Virus record (IMG/VR): IMGVR_UViG_3300042291_000844
Location: 64,001 to 128,000 of that record
DNA from: a virus
Lineage: Duplodnaviria > Caudoviricetes
Length of the DNA: 64,000 bases
Direction: 5' to 3' (one strand)
Part shown: positions 25,589 to 35,036 of the stretch, piece after piece
Numbering within the stretch: position 1 is the stretch's first letter
How the letters are laid out: each line of letters begins with the position of its first letter
Translations under genes and position numbers: made by a program
The notes under the pieces: model-generated
Databases searched by the model: none
Seen by the model: only the letters and a program-made list of their open reading frames with translations
Told to the model about the DNA's origin: nothing

Positions 25589-28500
25589 ATCCATTTGTTT
25601 TTTTAATTTCTATTAAACCATCCACCACATCTCTCATTGAGTCGATATGGGATATAATCATTACAAAATCAAATTGTGTCTTCAAATAAGTGAATAACAT
25701 GAATAGGGATTGTAGGTTCTCACTATCTAATGTTCCGAACCCTTCATCTATAACTAGGAAGTTAGGACGAGGAAGGTTACATACATTGATTAAAGCCACC
25801 CTAATTGCAAGTCCAGAGATAAACCTCTCCATACCACTACACATCTCCAAAGACCACTTATTATCCCCGTATACGAGGTAAGCGTTGATGTTTTTACCAT
25901 CCATCTCTAATTGCATTCCAAACTCAACAATTTGTGCCAAAATGTTATTAACCTCACCCTCAATCATTGGTAAAGATTTTTCAATCAATTCATATGATAC
26001 CCCATCTTTATTTAGGGCGTTAAGATAATATTCGTATAATTTCGATTGTTCCTCTAAATCCTTAACCTCTTTGATTTTATCCTCTAAGGTATCTCTTTGC
26101 GATTGTAAGGATGAAACTCTACCATTTAATTCTAATAACTTTTTATTTGTTTTTGTAAATAAAATTTTATTAGCATCTAAGGTTTCTCTTACAATTTTGA
26201 TTTCTTCTCTGATTTCGCCATTCTTTTTGATTTGTTCTTCGTTCTTATAATACTCATCAATTAGTTTAATTTGTTCGGCGATTTGTGTTTGAACCCTAAT
26301 TTCTTCAGTTTCAGATGTTGATAACTTGTTAATAAGTGAAGAAATTTCCCTATCAATTTTAACTTCTTTCTCCTTTGTATCGTTTAAATTAGTCCAATCC
26401 GTCTCATATTGGGCCAATGATGCAATCTTCAACTCTAACGCCTCCTTTGTATTATTTGCAGTAACAATGAATCCATTTACTTCAATTAATGTTTTTTCTA
26501 CATCATCTTTACTTTGTAGGATTGTTTCCGAATTTTCCATACAAATATTACAATCTGGGTTATATTTGTGTAAATCCAAATGTTCTTTTTTATCAACTAA
26601 CGATGTATGCCAAATCCCTAATTTATCTAATTCGTGTTTAGTATTACCTAAATCCGTTTTAGCAACTCCTAGTTCCTTTATCTTTGTTTCTAACTCATCT
26701 TCATTAAAACCATCAATTATTTCTTCTAATTGTAATTGTAAAGCCTCTAACTTACCAATACGGTCTTGCGTAGCATTTTTAGTATCTAATACCTCAGTCT
26801 CCTTATCAGTAAGAATTTTCTTTCTTTTTTCTAATTCCTCTATTCCAATATTATCTGAGTTTAATTTTACAATTTTACCATTCAAACGAATTAAATCTTT
26901 ATTTAAGGATTCCTCTTCCGTTTTAATTCCACCCAATTCAATATCAACTAATTTGTATTCATTTGTTGATTCGGTCAATTGAGTTTTGATATCGGCTAAC
27001 TTAGAAGTAAAATCATCAGATTTGAATTTTTTGATTAAAGTAGCATTATCTCTATTCTCATCTGCGGCAACTGTATATAATTTATCAAAAATATCTACGC
27101 CAATAAATTGAGAAAGTATCTCTTTTCTTTCTGATTGTGATTTATCGATGAATAGTGCGTTATTACCTTGTAGGGAAAGGGATGTTAGAACAAAATCCTC
27201 AAATTTACCTAAATATCTTTCAATATTTTTATTAGTATCCCTTCGTTGTTCACCATTTAATGATGTAGTAACTCCGACATCTTCTTTCCAAAAGTTTACG
27301 TTTACTGAAAGGTTTGTTCCCTTACGAGTCCACCTTGCACTACGTTCAATGAAGTAATCCACTCCATCAATTTCAAAATTAAATTTACAATAGAAATTAT
27401 CTTTTTGATTATTTAGGATATTTTTTGATGATGAACTTCTTGATGTTTTATCAAAGATACAAAATGAAAGGGCATCAAAAAGAGATGATTTACCACTTGC
27501 GTTTGGTGCAAATATACCAATCACTCCTTGAGCGTTTTCAAATCTAACTTTGTTACCTTCACCATATGAGAACATATTTGAGAACTCCAATGTCTTGGGC
27601 ACCCAAAGTATATTTTCAGCCAATTCAGAATCATCAATTCGGTGATTTATCTCTTTATTGATTTCAGAAATTTTATCTAAATCGTCATCTTCTAATAGGA
27701 ATTGTCTTTCTAAATAATCTCTAATCAATTGATTTTGAAAAGTTTCATCTTTTACGTTACCAACAATATTTTTGTTTAATTTTGAATTTGTCTTTAATTG
27801 ACCAATGGTATCCGTTCTTGTTACCGTCACCTCTGCTACATTAAATAATTCTTTAAGTTCAGTAATACGCAATTTCATTTCTGATGCTTCGGTACTCGTA
27901 AACCTTAATCTTAAACGTGGGTTCTTAGGTAATTTTGTATCAATCTCATCATATACCCATTGTGGTATCTGTCCGTTGACTACATCGATTGTAAGAAATC
28001 CATAATCATTATGAAGATGGTGTTCCGTAAATGTACGAGTTGGAACATCCCATAATAAATACCCGTGATTCTCCAACATCTCTCCGTGATTTTGTTGAAC
28101 CATTGAACCTGCATATGCTACGTGTTCCCAACCTTCACCAAATGTTTGACGTTTGTGGATATCACCTAACATTGCCATATCAAATCCTTCAAACATATCG
28201 ACGGTGAAAGAATTTGATGATACTACATACCCAATATCAGTTTGTGCTTTATTTACCGGCCCGTGAAAAAGACAGATTTTGTTTTCACCCTCAATATCCT
28301 TAGCCAACGGCCAATTTTCTTTTTTATCCAATATGGAATAAACAACAAAAGTAATATTGTTATAATTGTAAACACCAGTATCGCGTAGATAATGGATGTG
28401 AGGATTGTTAAGATTATCGATAATGGGCGTAAGAACATCTAATCTATGGTTATTGTTTAAGTTACAATCGTGGTTACCTGTTATTAAGAAAGTTTCTCTT

Positions 28501-28724
28501 AGTTTTGAACATTCAGTTAAAAACCAACTAATCTCTCTAATAAGTTCAGGAGACATTTCAGTTTTAGCATGAGCAATATCTCCTGCTAAATAAATAATAG
28601 AATCTTCAATTTTATCGTCTTCTACTTGTTTTAAAAACTTTTTGAATACCTCTTTGTATTCCTTGTGTCTTTGCAAATTTCTAATGTGTAAATCTGCTAA
28701 GTGATATATTTTGTTAATAATCAT
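25569..28724 (-). CDS. Fused Mre11/SbcD nuclease - Rad50/SbcC ATPase (gp47+gp46-like)
   Basis: ADLHIR, AGDIAH, GNHD, FHG, LGDIH phosphoesterase motifs; APNASGKSS Walker A, coiled coil with CNIC hook, CSGMER signature, VIDEGFGTLD, IISH. Confidence 0.92.
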   Translation of the reverse strand: MIINKIYHLADLHIRNLQRHKEYKEVFKKFLKQVEDDKIEDSIIYLAGDIAHAKTEMSPELIREISWFLTECSKLRETFLITGNHDCNLNNNHRLDVLTPIIDNLNNPHIHYLRDTGVYNYNNITFVVYSILDKKENWPLAKDIEGENKICLFHGPVNKAQTDIGYVVSSNSFTVDMFEGFDMAMLGDIHKRQTFGEGWEHVAYAGSMVQQNHGEMLENHGYLLWDVPTRTFTEHHLHNDYGFLTIDVVNGQIPQWVYDEIDTKLPKNPRLRLRFTSTEASEMKLRITELKELFNVAEVTVTRTDTIGQLKTNSKLNKNIVGNVKDETFQNQLIRDYLERQFLLEDDDLDKISEINKEINHRIDDSELAENILWVPKTLEFSNMFSYGEGNKVRFENAQGVIGIFAPNASGKSSLFDALSFCIFDKTSRSSSSKNILNNQKDNFYCKFNFEIDGVDYFIERSARWTRKGTNLSVNVNFWKEDVGVTTSLNGEQRRDTNKNIERYLGKFEDFVLTSLSLQGNNALFIDKSQSERKEILSQFIGVDIFDKLYTVAADENRDNATLIKKFKSDDFTSKLADIKTQLTESTNEYKLVDIELGGIKTEEESLNKDLIRLNGKIVKLNSDNIGIEELEKRKKILTDKETEVLDTKNATQDRIGKLEALQLQLEEIIDGFNEDELETKIKELGVAKTDLGNTKHELDKLGIWHTSLVDKKEHLDLHKYNPDCNICMENSETILQSKDDVEKTLIEVNGFIVTANNTKEALELKIASLAQYETDWTNLNDTKEKEVKIDREISSLINKLSTSETEEIRVQTQIAEQIKLIDEYYKNEEQIKKNGEIREEIKIVRETLDANKILFTKTNKKLLELNGRVSSLQSQRDTLEDKIKEVKDLEEQSKLYEYYLNALNKDGVSYELIEKSLPMIEGEVNNILAQIVEFGMQLEMDGKNINAYLVYGDNKWSLEMCSGMERFISGLAIRVALINVCNLPRPNFLVIDEGFGTLDSENLQSLFMLFTYLKTQFDFVMIISHIDSMRDVVDGLIEIKKTNGFSYVKF

Positions 28725-28737
28725 AAATTAATTTAAG

Positions 28738-29877
28738 TTATAGTAACTTAGTTTTTGTTGGTTTTAGATAATTATCTAATTTAAATTCAAATTTTATAGT
28801 TTGTATTTTACTAAAATTTCGTTCAATTCCCGCCTGATTTTTTACATAGTATGAATGAATATCTTCATATGACATCTTATGTATAATATCTAAATTTCTT
28901 TTGTATTGGTTAATAATTGCAGGAACACTATCTTGTGGAGTTATATCAAATAAATCCTCTGCCAACCAAAATCCTAAATCTTTAAGATATTGAGTTAGGT
29001 ACTTATTACCTAAAATTAGGGGTATATTTTTTGATATAAATGGATTCCATGATTTTTCACTCAAATGTATAATATCTTCTGCTACCACCATTGTTTCCAA
29101 AATACAACTGATATATGATGTCATAGTAATCGGTAATGGTGGAATTTCAACATTTACCGAACCTTGCATACTTCGTTCCATCGGAGTATCCAATATTACA
29201 GGTAATTTCTTTTTTTTAAATTCTAATAATTTAGCACTAATATCAGTATCATCATAATCACATGTAAAAGCACTATATCCCAACCACGAATCGGAATCTA
29301 AACCAATATTATACACATATTTAAAAACTTCTAATCTTTCTTTTTTATCTACTCCAATTATCATATTCATTTTTTTCTGACGAATATTTAAATCAAATAT
29401 TTTAATAATATACTCTAAGTGGGGGAAATATTCTTGTAATGCAGAACGATATCTATAATAATTACAATTACGTTCATAATAATGAAGTGTAGTAATATCT
29501 CTTACTAAAAATTTATTTGAAAAAAATGTGTATTGTTCCGTATCAGTATACTCAACCGAATTGTCATCATCAAATAAAACAAATTTACAATCATTATATT
29601 TTTTAGATAATTCTATTAAATAATTCTCTAGTGCAGTTTGACCCCGATGCGAATCAACATATCTACAATCAAAAATAACAACATCTCCAAATTGTGGATT
29701 AATTATATCTAATTTTTTAATTAATTTATCAGTATAAGGTGGTTCACCTATTAATTTTCGTTCAATCTCATCCGTATCATCAAATGAATGAAATATATGT
29801 TCATCTTTAATATTAAGTAATTTATACCATGCAGTATAAGAACCCTTTGAAATATGTTGTGGAATTACGTGAATCAT
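28738..29877 (-). CDS. Uncharacterised glycosyltransferase-like protein (paralogue C)
   Basis: CILET...LSEKSWNPFISKNIPLILGNKYLTQYLKDLGF motif shared with paralogues A and B. Confidence 0.45.
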   Translation of the reverse strand: MIHVIPQHISKGSYTAWYKLLNIKDEHIFHSFDDTDEIERKLIGEPPYTDKLIKKLDIINPQFGDVVIFDCRYVDSHRGQTALENYLIELSKKYNDCKFVLFDDDNSVEYTDTEQYTFFSNKFLVRDITTLHYYERNCNYYRYRSALQEYFPHLEYIIKIFDLNIRQKKMNMIIGVDKKERLEVFKYVYNIGLDSDSWLGYSAFTCDYDDTDISAKLLEFKKKKLPVILDTPMERSMQGSVNVEIPPLPITMTSYISCILETMVVAEDIIHLSEKSWNPFISKNIPLILGNKYLTQYLKDLGFWLAEDLFDITPQDSVPAIINQYKRNLDIIHKMSYEDIHSYYVKNQAGIERNFSKIQTIKFEFKLDNYLKPTKTKLL

Positions 29878-30812
29878 AATTGTTTTAATTTCTGAAGAAT
29901 AACATCTTCATAATTTGTTTCTGTTTTATTTTTAATAATATTATTGATTTCAGTAAATCCAATATCTGCAGCATCCTTGCCAGATGGGATAATATTTTTT
30001 ATTTGGAATCCTTGTTTTTGAAAATACATTGTATAGTATAAGGCTTGGTCTTGTGCATCAGTATCTAATAAAATGTTTAGATTACGCACCCCTCTTTCAT
30101 ATATACTATCCATTAATTTTTTAGGAATAAATTTTCCTAATATTGGAATAGCATTTCTCCTAACCGCCAACGCATCAAATGCACCTTCACAAATAGTAAT
30201 GGGTTCGTTCCAATTAATTTGGTTTTCAAACATAATTACATTCTTTGAAACAGGCGGGTTTTTATATTTGTATGGTTCATCATCAAAAACGGAACGGGCG
30301 ATAAAGTAATTTAATTTATTATTTATATCATATGATGGTATAATAATTCTACCTGAGTATAACCCACCATCACAATATCCAATATTATATTTAATAATAT
30401 CTGAATTTCGTATTCCTCTTAATGTGGCGTAGTGTTTTACCTTTTTATATATGGGTTTAAAACCAGTTGGGACTTCCATTAACGATTTAAATTCTTTTGG
30501 TAATCGTAATTCAATTTGGTCTTCCTCTATTTGAGATGATACGATATAATCATCACCATATATCTCATACACCTTACGAAGTTTGGAAACATCTACTTGT
30601 AATTTTTTAAGTAATCCTTGTATCCTCTTACCCTTAGAATCACACACCCAACAATGCCATTGTTGTGTATCTAAATTCACTTGGAGTTTCTTTTTATGAT
30701 GATGACAGAATGGACAATAATGAGCCTGTTCATTTCCTTTTAAGGATGAACCCGGTCCTAAGACATCATCTAAAATACTAACGATTGTTAATTTATCTGT
30801 ATTTGATACCAT
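29874..30812 (-). CDS. DNA primase (zinc finger + TOPRIM)
   Basis: CPFCHHH...WHCWVCD, RIIIP, YFIARS, KYKNP, ICEGAFDAL, ILLDTDA. Confidence 0.9.
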   Translation of the reverse strand: MVSNTDKLTIVSILDDVLGPGSSLKGNEQAHYCPFCHHHKKKLQVNLDTQQWHCWVCDSKGKRIQGLLKKLQVDVSKLRKVYEIYGDDYIVSSQIEEDQIELRLPKEFKSLMEVPTGFKPIYKKVKHYATLRGIRNSDIIKYNIGYCDGGLYSGRIIIPSYDINNKLNYFIARSVFDDEPYKYKNPPVSKNVIMFENQINWNEPITICEGAFDALAVRRNAIPILGKFIPKKLMDSIYERGVRNLNILLDTDAQDQALYYTMYFQKQGFQIKNIIPSGKDAADIGFTEINNIIKNKTETNYEDVILQKLKQL

Positions 30813-30835
30813 ATATTATAACGCTACTAATATAG

Positions 30836-30867
30836 TAAAGATACGAAATAAATCTGATATTTCCAAA
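30836..30867 (-). promoter_or_regulatory. Bacteroidota sigma70-type promoter TTTG-N20-TATCTTTA upstream of primase
   Basis: Direct match to the TTTG/TAnnTTTG consensus with 20-nt spacer, one mismatch. Confidence 0.75.
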
Positions 30868-30902
30868 TTTATGTACGTTTATTATATTTGCATTAAGTCT
30901 AA

Positions 30903-30934
30903 CAAAGATACAACAAATTTATGAGATTTCCAAA
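30903..30934 (-). promoter_or_regulatory. Bacteroidota sigma70-type promoter TTTG-N20-TATCTTTG (second, tandem, upstream of primase)
   Basis: Perfect consensus with 20-nt spacer. Confidence 0.85.
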
Positions 30935-31323
30935 TCTCTTTTGAAGAATTTTCCCATTAAGTTTTCATTTAGGGATTTTTCATCTGCTAATACGTTGTTT
31001 GCAAATTGTTCTTGTAATTCGTAATATGTGAGGGCTTTCTTTGATTGACAAAATCGTAGGATTTCTTTCGTAATTGGTTCATTTGCCCATGTTTTAACAA
31101 CCTCATTTGATGAACAATAATCTTGCCATTTCATTTCTTTGACAACTTTACGATTTCGTTTATAACCCTTTAATGGGGCTAGAGTTCTATGTGAGTATAA
31201 ACTCTTTTTACCAATATAATATTGGCCGGTTATGTTGTGGGTTATTCTATAAATAAAACCAATTGTACCTTCAGGCATTTCAGATATTTCTGATATAACC
31301 TTTTCTTTATATATCCAATTCAT
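30919..31323 (-). CDS. GIY-YIG family nuclease-like protein (Seg-like)
   Basis: GFIYRITHNITGQYYIGKK; likely start MNWIYKEK at 31323. Confidence 0.8.
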   Translation of the reverse strand: MNWIYKEKVISEISEMPEGTIGFIYRITHNITGQYYIGKKSLYSHRTLAPLKGYKRNRKVVKEMKWQDYCSSNEVVKTWANEPITKEILRFCQSKKALTYYELQEQFANNVLADEKSLNENLMGKFFKRDLEIS

Positions 31324-31879
31324 AATTAAAATTTTGAAAATCATCTTTATATTTAGTTCTAACCCAATCCTTTATCCAATCTTCTTTGTATAAAGATTTA
31401 TAATATTTTTGTTGATTTAAAGTTGGATGTCTTTCGTATATAGAGTTTCTATTAAGATGGGGTATTCTAGGAGTAGGATGACCTAATTTTTTAAACAAGA
31501 AACTTATATCGTTTGAGTAATTTTCATACCGACCTATAAAACTAATGTTTCGTTTTTCAGTTCTATTATTATTTAAAAAAAATGTTTGAGGATAATATAA
31601 AAAATTATGTTCAAAAATGGTTTTAATAAAATTACCAAAGGTTTTATCACATCCCATTCTTAATTCATGATGATACCACGATGCTAATCGCGTAAATGGG
31701 TTTCTTACAAATGTAAAAATAAAATAATCTTCAATATTACCAAATGCCGATAAATCGTCATGAGTGGTTACAAATTCTGTTCCTTTAATTCTTAATAGAA
31801 TTTCACTAAGGGAATTTCCACCAGTTTTAGGTATATGAAGAAACGCCCACTTTTCGGAATGGTTTATTAATAAAGCCAA
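31307..31879 (-). CDS. Sulfotransferase family 2 (carbohydrate sulfotransferase-like)
   Basis: FLHIPKTGGNS (5'-PSB), FTFVRNPFTRLASWY (3'-PB), FIGRYEN; TTG start. Confidence 0.85.
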   Translation of the reverse strand: MALLINHSEKWAFLHIPKTGGNSLSEILLRIKGTEFVTTHDDLSAFGNIEDYFIFTFVRNPFTRLASWYHHELRMGCDKTFGNFIKTIFEHNFLYYPQTFFLNNNRTEKRNISFIGRYENYSNDISFLFKKLGHPTPRIPHLNRNSIYERHPTLNQQKYYKSLYKEDWIKDWVRTKYKDDFQNFNYELDI

Positions 31880-31889
31880 ACAAATTTAT

Positions 31890-32072
31890 TTAAGGTTTAA
31901 CAGTAGTAGAATACTTTGTATCCTTTAATTTACCACCTCTAGATTTTGCAAGTTTTGTTTCATCTATATTTGCGTTATAAGATTTATCTGCAGAAAGAGG
32001 TGTCTTATCTTTAGATTTATCTGCTAATTTAGCAAAATCAGAATTTTTATACAAGTCTAATATACTAGCCAT
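31890..32072 (-). CDS. Hypothetical protein, 60 aa
   Basis: ORF fills gap in co-oriented operon. Confidence 0.6.
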   Translation of the reverse strand: MASILDLYKNSDFAKLADKSKDKTPLSADKSYNANIDETKLAKSRGGKLKDTKYSTTVKP

Positions 32073-32083
32073 AATTTTCTTTC

Positions 32084-32284
32084 CTATTGGTTAACTATTA
32101 TTCTTTTTATAAATCTAAGAGTTTCACCTTTTTCTAATTTAAGCTTTTCTACTATATCAAGTTCAACCGGTAAATGAAAATAAGTAAATCCATCTCCATT
32201 TGTATGTTCTAATAAAGCTACTACTGCTTCTTCCGATAAATTTGATTCTACAACTGTTTGGTTTACATCTAATAAATTATACAT
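32084..32284 (-). CDS. Hypothetical protein, tandem paralogue of 32299..32514
   Basis: LLDVNQTVVESNLSEE...GDGFTYF...ETLRFIKR. Confidence 0.7.
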   Translation of the reverse strand: MYNLLDVNQTVVESNLSEEAVVALLEHTNGDGFTYFHLPVELDIVEKLKLEKGETLRFIKRIIVNQ

Positions 32285-32298
32285 AATTTTTCCTTTGT

Positions 32299-32514
32299 TT
32301 ATTCGTTTGTGTTTTCTACTCTTTTTATAAATCTAATACTTTCAGAATATTCTGCTGTTTTGAACTCATTTAATTGAGCTACATCACCAGGATAAAAATA
32401 ATAATTCAATCCATCTGGAGAGATTTCTCTATTTATTAATTCTGTTACTTTTTCTTCAGTAATATTTGATTCAATGATATTATCATTTACATCAAGAATG
32501 CTAATTTGTGCCAT
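32299..32514 (-). CDS. Hypothetical protein, tandem paralogue of 32084..32284
   Basis: ILDVNDNIIESNITEE...PDGLNYY...ESIRFIKR; late motif upstream. Confidence 0.7.
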   Translation of the reverse strand: MAQISILDVNDNIIESNITEEKVTELINREISPDGLNYYFYPGDVAQLNEFKTAEYSESIRFIKRVENTNE

Positions 32515-32536
32515 AGGTTTTTATTTGTTATATGCT

Positions 32537-32545
32537 TATAAATAT
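32537..32545 (-). promoter_or_regulatory. Putative late-promoter motif ATATTTATA
   Basis: 22 nt upstream of ATG 32514. Confidence 0.6.
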
Positions 32546-32547
32546 CA

Positions 32548-33681
32548 TTAAGTATCAAAACGGACTAAAAAATTAAGATTATAATCCGGCAAGTTTTTTA
32601 TTGGTTTTGGTAATTTAGCAACAACCAATAGATTATCATCGTCATCGTACAATCCAATTGTAGTGATATAAGTGGTTAAATAAGAACCAGTCGGGTCATT
32701 TGATACATTTGTATAATAATCCTCCCACGAACCACTAACCGAACCAATAGACCCGCTAAAAAACTCTCTACGTGATATATCTAATACTTCTTTTATTTTT
32801 CTAGTTCCTGCTGGGAATGAATTATTCACTCCTGTTATTTCAAAATCATACGAACCACTAATTAATACATTAACAGCAGTTGGATTTTGTGAATAATTAA
32901 ATTCTCCGGTATTAGCAGAAATTAAAATTTCGGTTTCATATATTGTTTGAGTTGAACGATAATCTAATGAATATGAATCAAAAAGAATATCATCTGTCAT
33001 AACAATTAACCCATCATCATAAAATACGTTACCATGTACTTGTGTTTTTATATCAGTATTATCAAACGTTAATTTAGCCGTAAAATTAATTTTATTATTT
33101 TGAAAATCAATTGCAATTATAAAATACTCATCTTCATCACTATTATAAATTAATTGACAAGACCCATCATTCAAATCCATTATACCACCTGCTGATGCTG
33201 ATTTTACTTCGATATTATAAACACCAATTCCATCATTAATAGTTAAATACCCAACCCCATTATTATCTAAATCAAGACTAACTAATGTATATGAATTACC
33301 AACTTCTCTAATAATACCATATCCATCATCAAAAAAATCTAATCCACCTGCAGTTAATACAACACTTTCTTTTTTTATTTCTTCCCCAAATCTATTTCTA
33401 TCAATTGGTATTATCTGAAACGTATTAGGAAGTTGTCGTTCATATGCTAACTCTGCTAAATTTTCTGATGTACCAAATGTTGTAAAAGTATTACCATCAT
33501 GTGAATAGTATTTACTTTTCAATGAATTATATAATGCGTGAACTAAATTTGCTTCATCTACAAACAAACCAGTTTTATTTTCTACCTTTATAATAGGATA
33601 TTCACTTTCGCTGGTATTCCAAAGTTTGTATACATTGAACGACCTATTTGAAATATTTGATTTGGGTATTGATTTAAACAT
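32548..33681 (-). CDS. Baseplate/tail-collar structural protein
   Basis: C-terminal YITTIGLYDDDDNLLVVAKLPKPIK, like the REIGL.D..G.LIAVA element of tail-collar proteins. Confidence 0.65.
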   Translation of the reverse strand: MFKSIPKSNISNRSFNVYKLWNTSESEYPIIKVENKTGLFVDEANLVHALYNSLKSKYYSHDGNTFTTFGTSENLAELAYERQLPNTFQIIPIDRNRFGEEIKKESVVLTAGGLDFFDDGYGIIREVGNSYTLVSLDLDNNGVGYLTINDGIGVYNIEVKSASAGGIMDLNDGSCQLIYNSDEDEYFIIAIDFQNNKINFTAKLTFDNTDIKTQVHGNVFYDDGLIVMTDDILFDSYSLDYRSTQTIYETEILISANTGEFNYSQNPTAVNVLISGSYDFEITGVNNSFPAGTRKIKEVLDISRREFFSGSIGSVSGSWEDYYTNVSNDPTGSYLTTYITTIGLYDDDDNLLVVAKLPKPIKNLPDYNLNFLVRFDT

Positions 33682-33698
33682 AGTGAATTCCTTACCTA

Positions 33699-33707
33699 TA
33701 TAAGTAT
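33699..33707 (-). promoter_or_regulatory. Putative late-promoter motif variant ATACTTATA
   Basis: Just after terminator, 17 nt upstream of ATG 33681. Confidence 0.55.
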
Positions 33708-33713
33708 TTTAAT

Positions 33714-33744
33714 AAACAAAAACCCAACTTTTTAGGGTTGGGTT
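33714..33744 (-). terminator. Rho-independent terminator
   Basis: Stem aacccaac/gttgggtt (33721-28/33737-44) followed by TTTTTGTTT on minus strand. Confidence 0.75.
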
Positions 33745-33798
33745 CGTTAAATATGTTATTTGGTTTTTGTTCTACGATACTCCCAAATAATTTTTTAA

Positions 33799-35019
33799 TT
33801 AGAAATCTAATTTAACCGCTATTAAAACTTCCTTATCAAACGATTTTGCAATCGGTTGTGAAGTTTTAGCAACTGCTAACATTTCGTTAGCATCGTTGTA
33901 TAGACCAATTGTTGTAATATATGTTTTTGGGTCTCTTTCAAATGTTGATTCAACAAATGAACCATCAGATGAACCACTTGTAAATGTTGGATTATTTGAG
34001 AAGTTAAATTCTCTATTTGTTGCCCTTACAAAGTAATGAGAGGTTGAAACGTTTTCAGTTCTTCTTGCTTCAAAATCTGCTCCACCCTTAATTGCATTAT
34101 ACAATAAGAAATGATTTTTACCTTCATATGCAACACCACTATAAATTGATTTTCCACCAACTGAACCACTATCTATTGATGTACCTATTTTTGAATGAAT
34201 TGCTGTGGGATTTAATACAATAAGACCCTGGTCTGGATAAAATAATCCAAATCCCCTACCATTTGTATCATATCTACCATCAATACTTGCTTCAGCATCT
34301 TGTCCTAAATTTAAAGAACCGGACACAACATAAAATAATCTACCTGCTTTACCAACAGTATCAGAGAATTTTTTACCACTATCATCAATAAATGTAGTTA
34401 TACCATTTGAACCACTTAGGGATAATTCCCAATTACCGGCATCCATTGTTTCTTTATATCTAGCTCTTGCTACGTTAATAACATAGATATCGCTAGAGTC
34501 ATGTAAACCTTCACCTGATTGGGAATCAAATGTGAAAAATTCGTCCGTTTGGTCTAATAAAATAGAACGATATTGTGCATATGTTGCTTTTGTTGCTAGA
34601 GTTGAATCTCCGTTAGAAAGGTCTAATGAAATTGAACCACTTGCATATTTGTGTCCATATGCTATTGCAAATTGAACATCTGTTGAACCAGATTTATATA
34701 CATCTAAATAATAATTTGAACTTGATGCTGCTGATTGAGTTGAAGATGTTGCATAATAATTTAAACTTCCTACATCACCACTCCAAAGTCCAGTCGTTAC
34801 AACTTCTACTTTACCTGTAATTTGGTCGAATTCGCCAAATCTTTTGTAAATACCAGTTGTAATTGAACCACCTTGTGCAGCTAATTTATCACCACCTGTC
34901 ACATATTGGTTTATAAGATTTGATAATTGCTCGGTAGTTATATTTCCATTACTAGCTTGTAAATACGCTGCTAATTCTGATGTTAAGTTTACTCCTGCTT
35001 GTCCTGTAATTTGTGCCAT
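33799..35019 (-). CDS. Baseplate/tail-collar structural protein (paralogue of 32548..33681)
   Basis: C-terminal NREFNFSNNPT...YITTIGLYNDANEMLAVAKTSQPIAK...VKLDF. Confidence 0.65.
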   Translation of the reverse strand: MAQITGQAGVNLTSELAAYLQASNGNITTEQLSNLINQYVTGGDKLAAQGGSITTGIYKRFGEFDQITGKVEVVTTGLWSGDVGSLNYYATSSTQSAASSSNYYLDVYKSGSTDVQFAIAYGHKYASGSISLDLSNGDSTLATKATYAQYRSILLDQTDEFFTFDSQSGEGLHDSSDIYVINVARARYKETMDAGNWELSLSGSNGITTFIDDSGKKFSDTVGKAGRLFYVVSGSLNLGQDAEASIDGRYDTNGRGFGLFYPDQGLIVLNPTAIHSKIGTSIDSGSVGGKSIYSGVAYEGKNHFLLYNAIKGGADFEARRTENVSTSHYFVRATNREFNFSNNPTFTSGSSDGSFVESTFERDPKTYITTIGLYNDANEMLAVAKTSQPIAKSFDKEVLIAVKLDF

Positions 35020-35036
35020 ATTATTTTATTCTCCGT

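Noticed and set aside
30919-31323. Mobile homing endonuclease or intron
   Set aside because: Free-standing short GIY-YIG that interrupts no gene and has no obvious DNA-binding extension; listed only as a CDS
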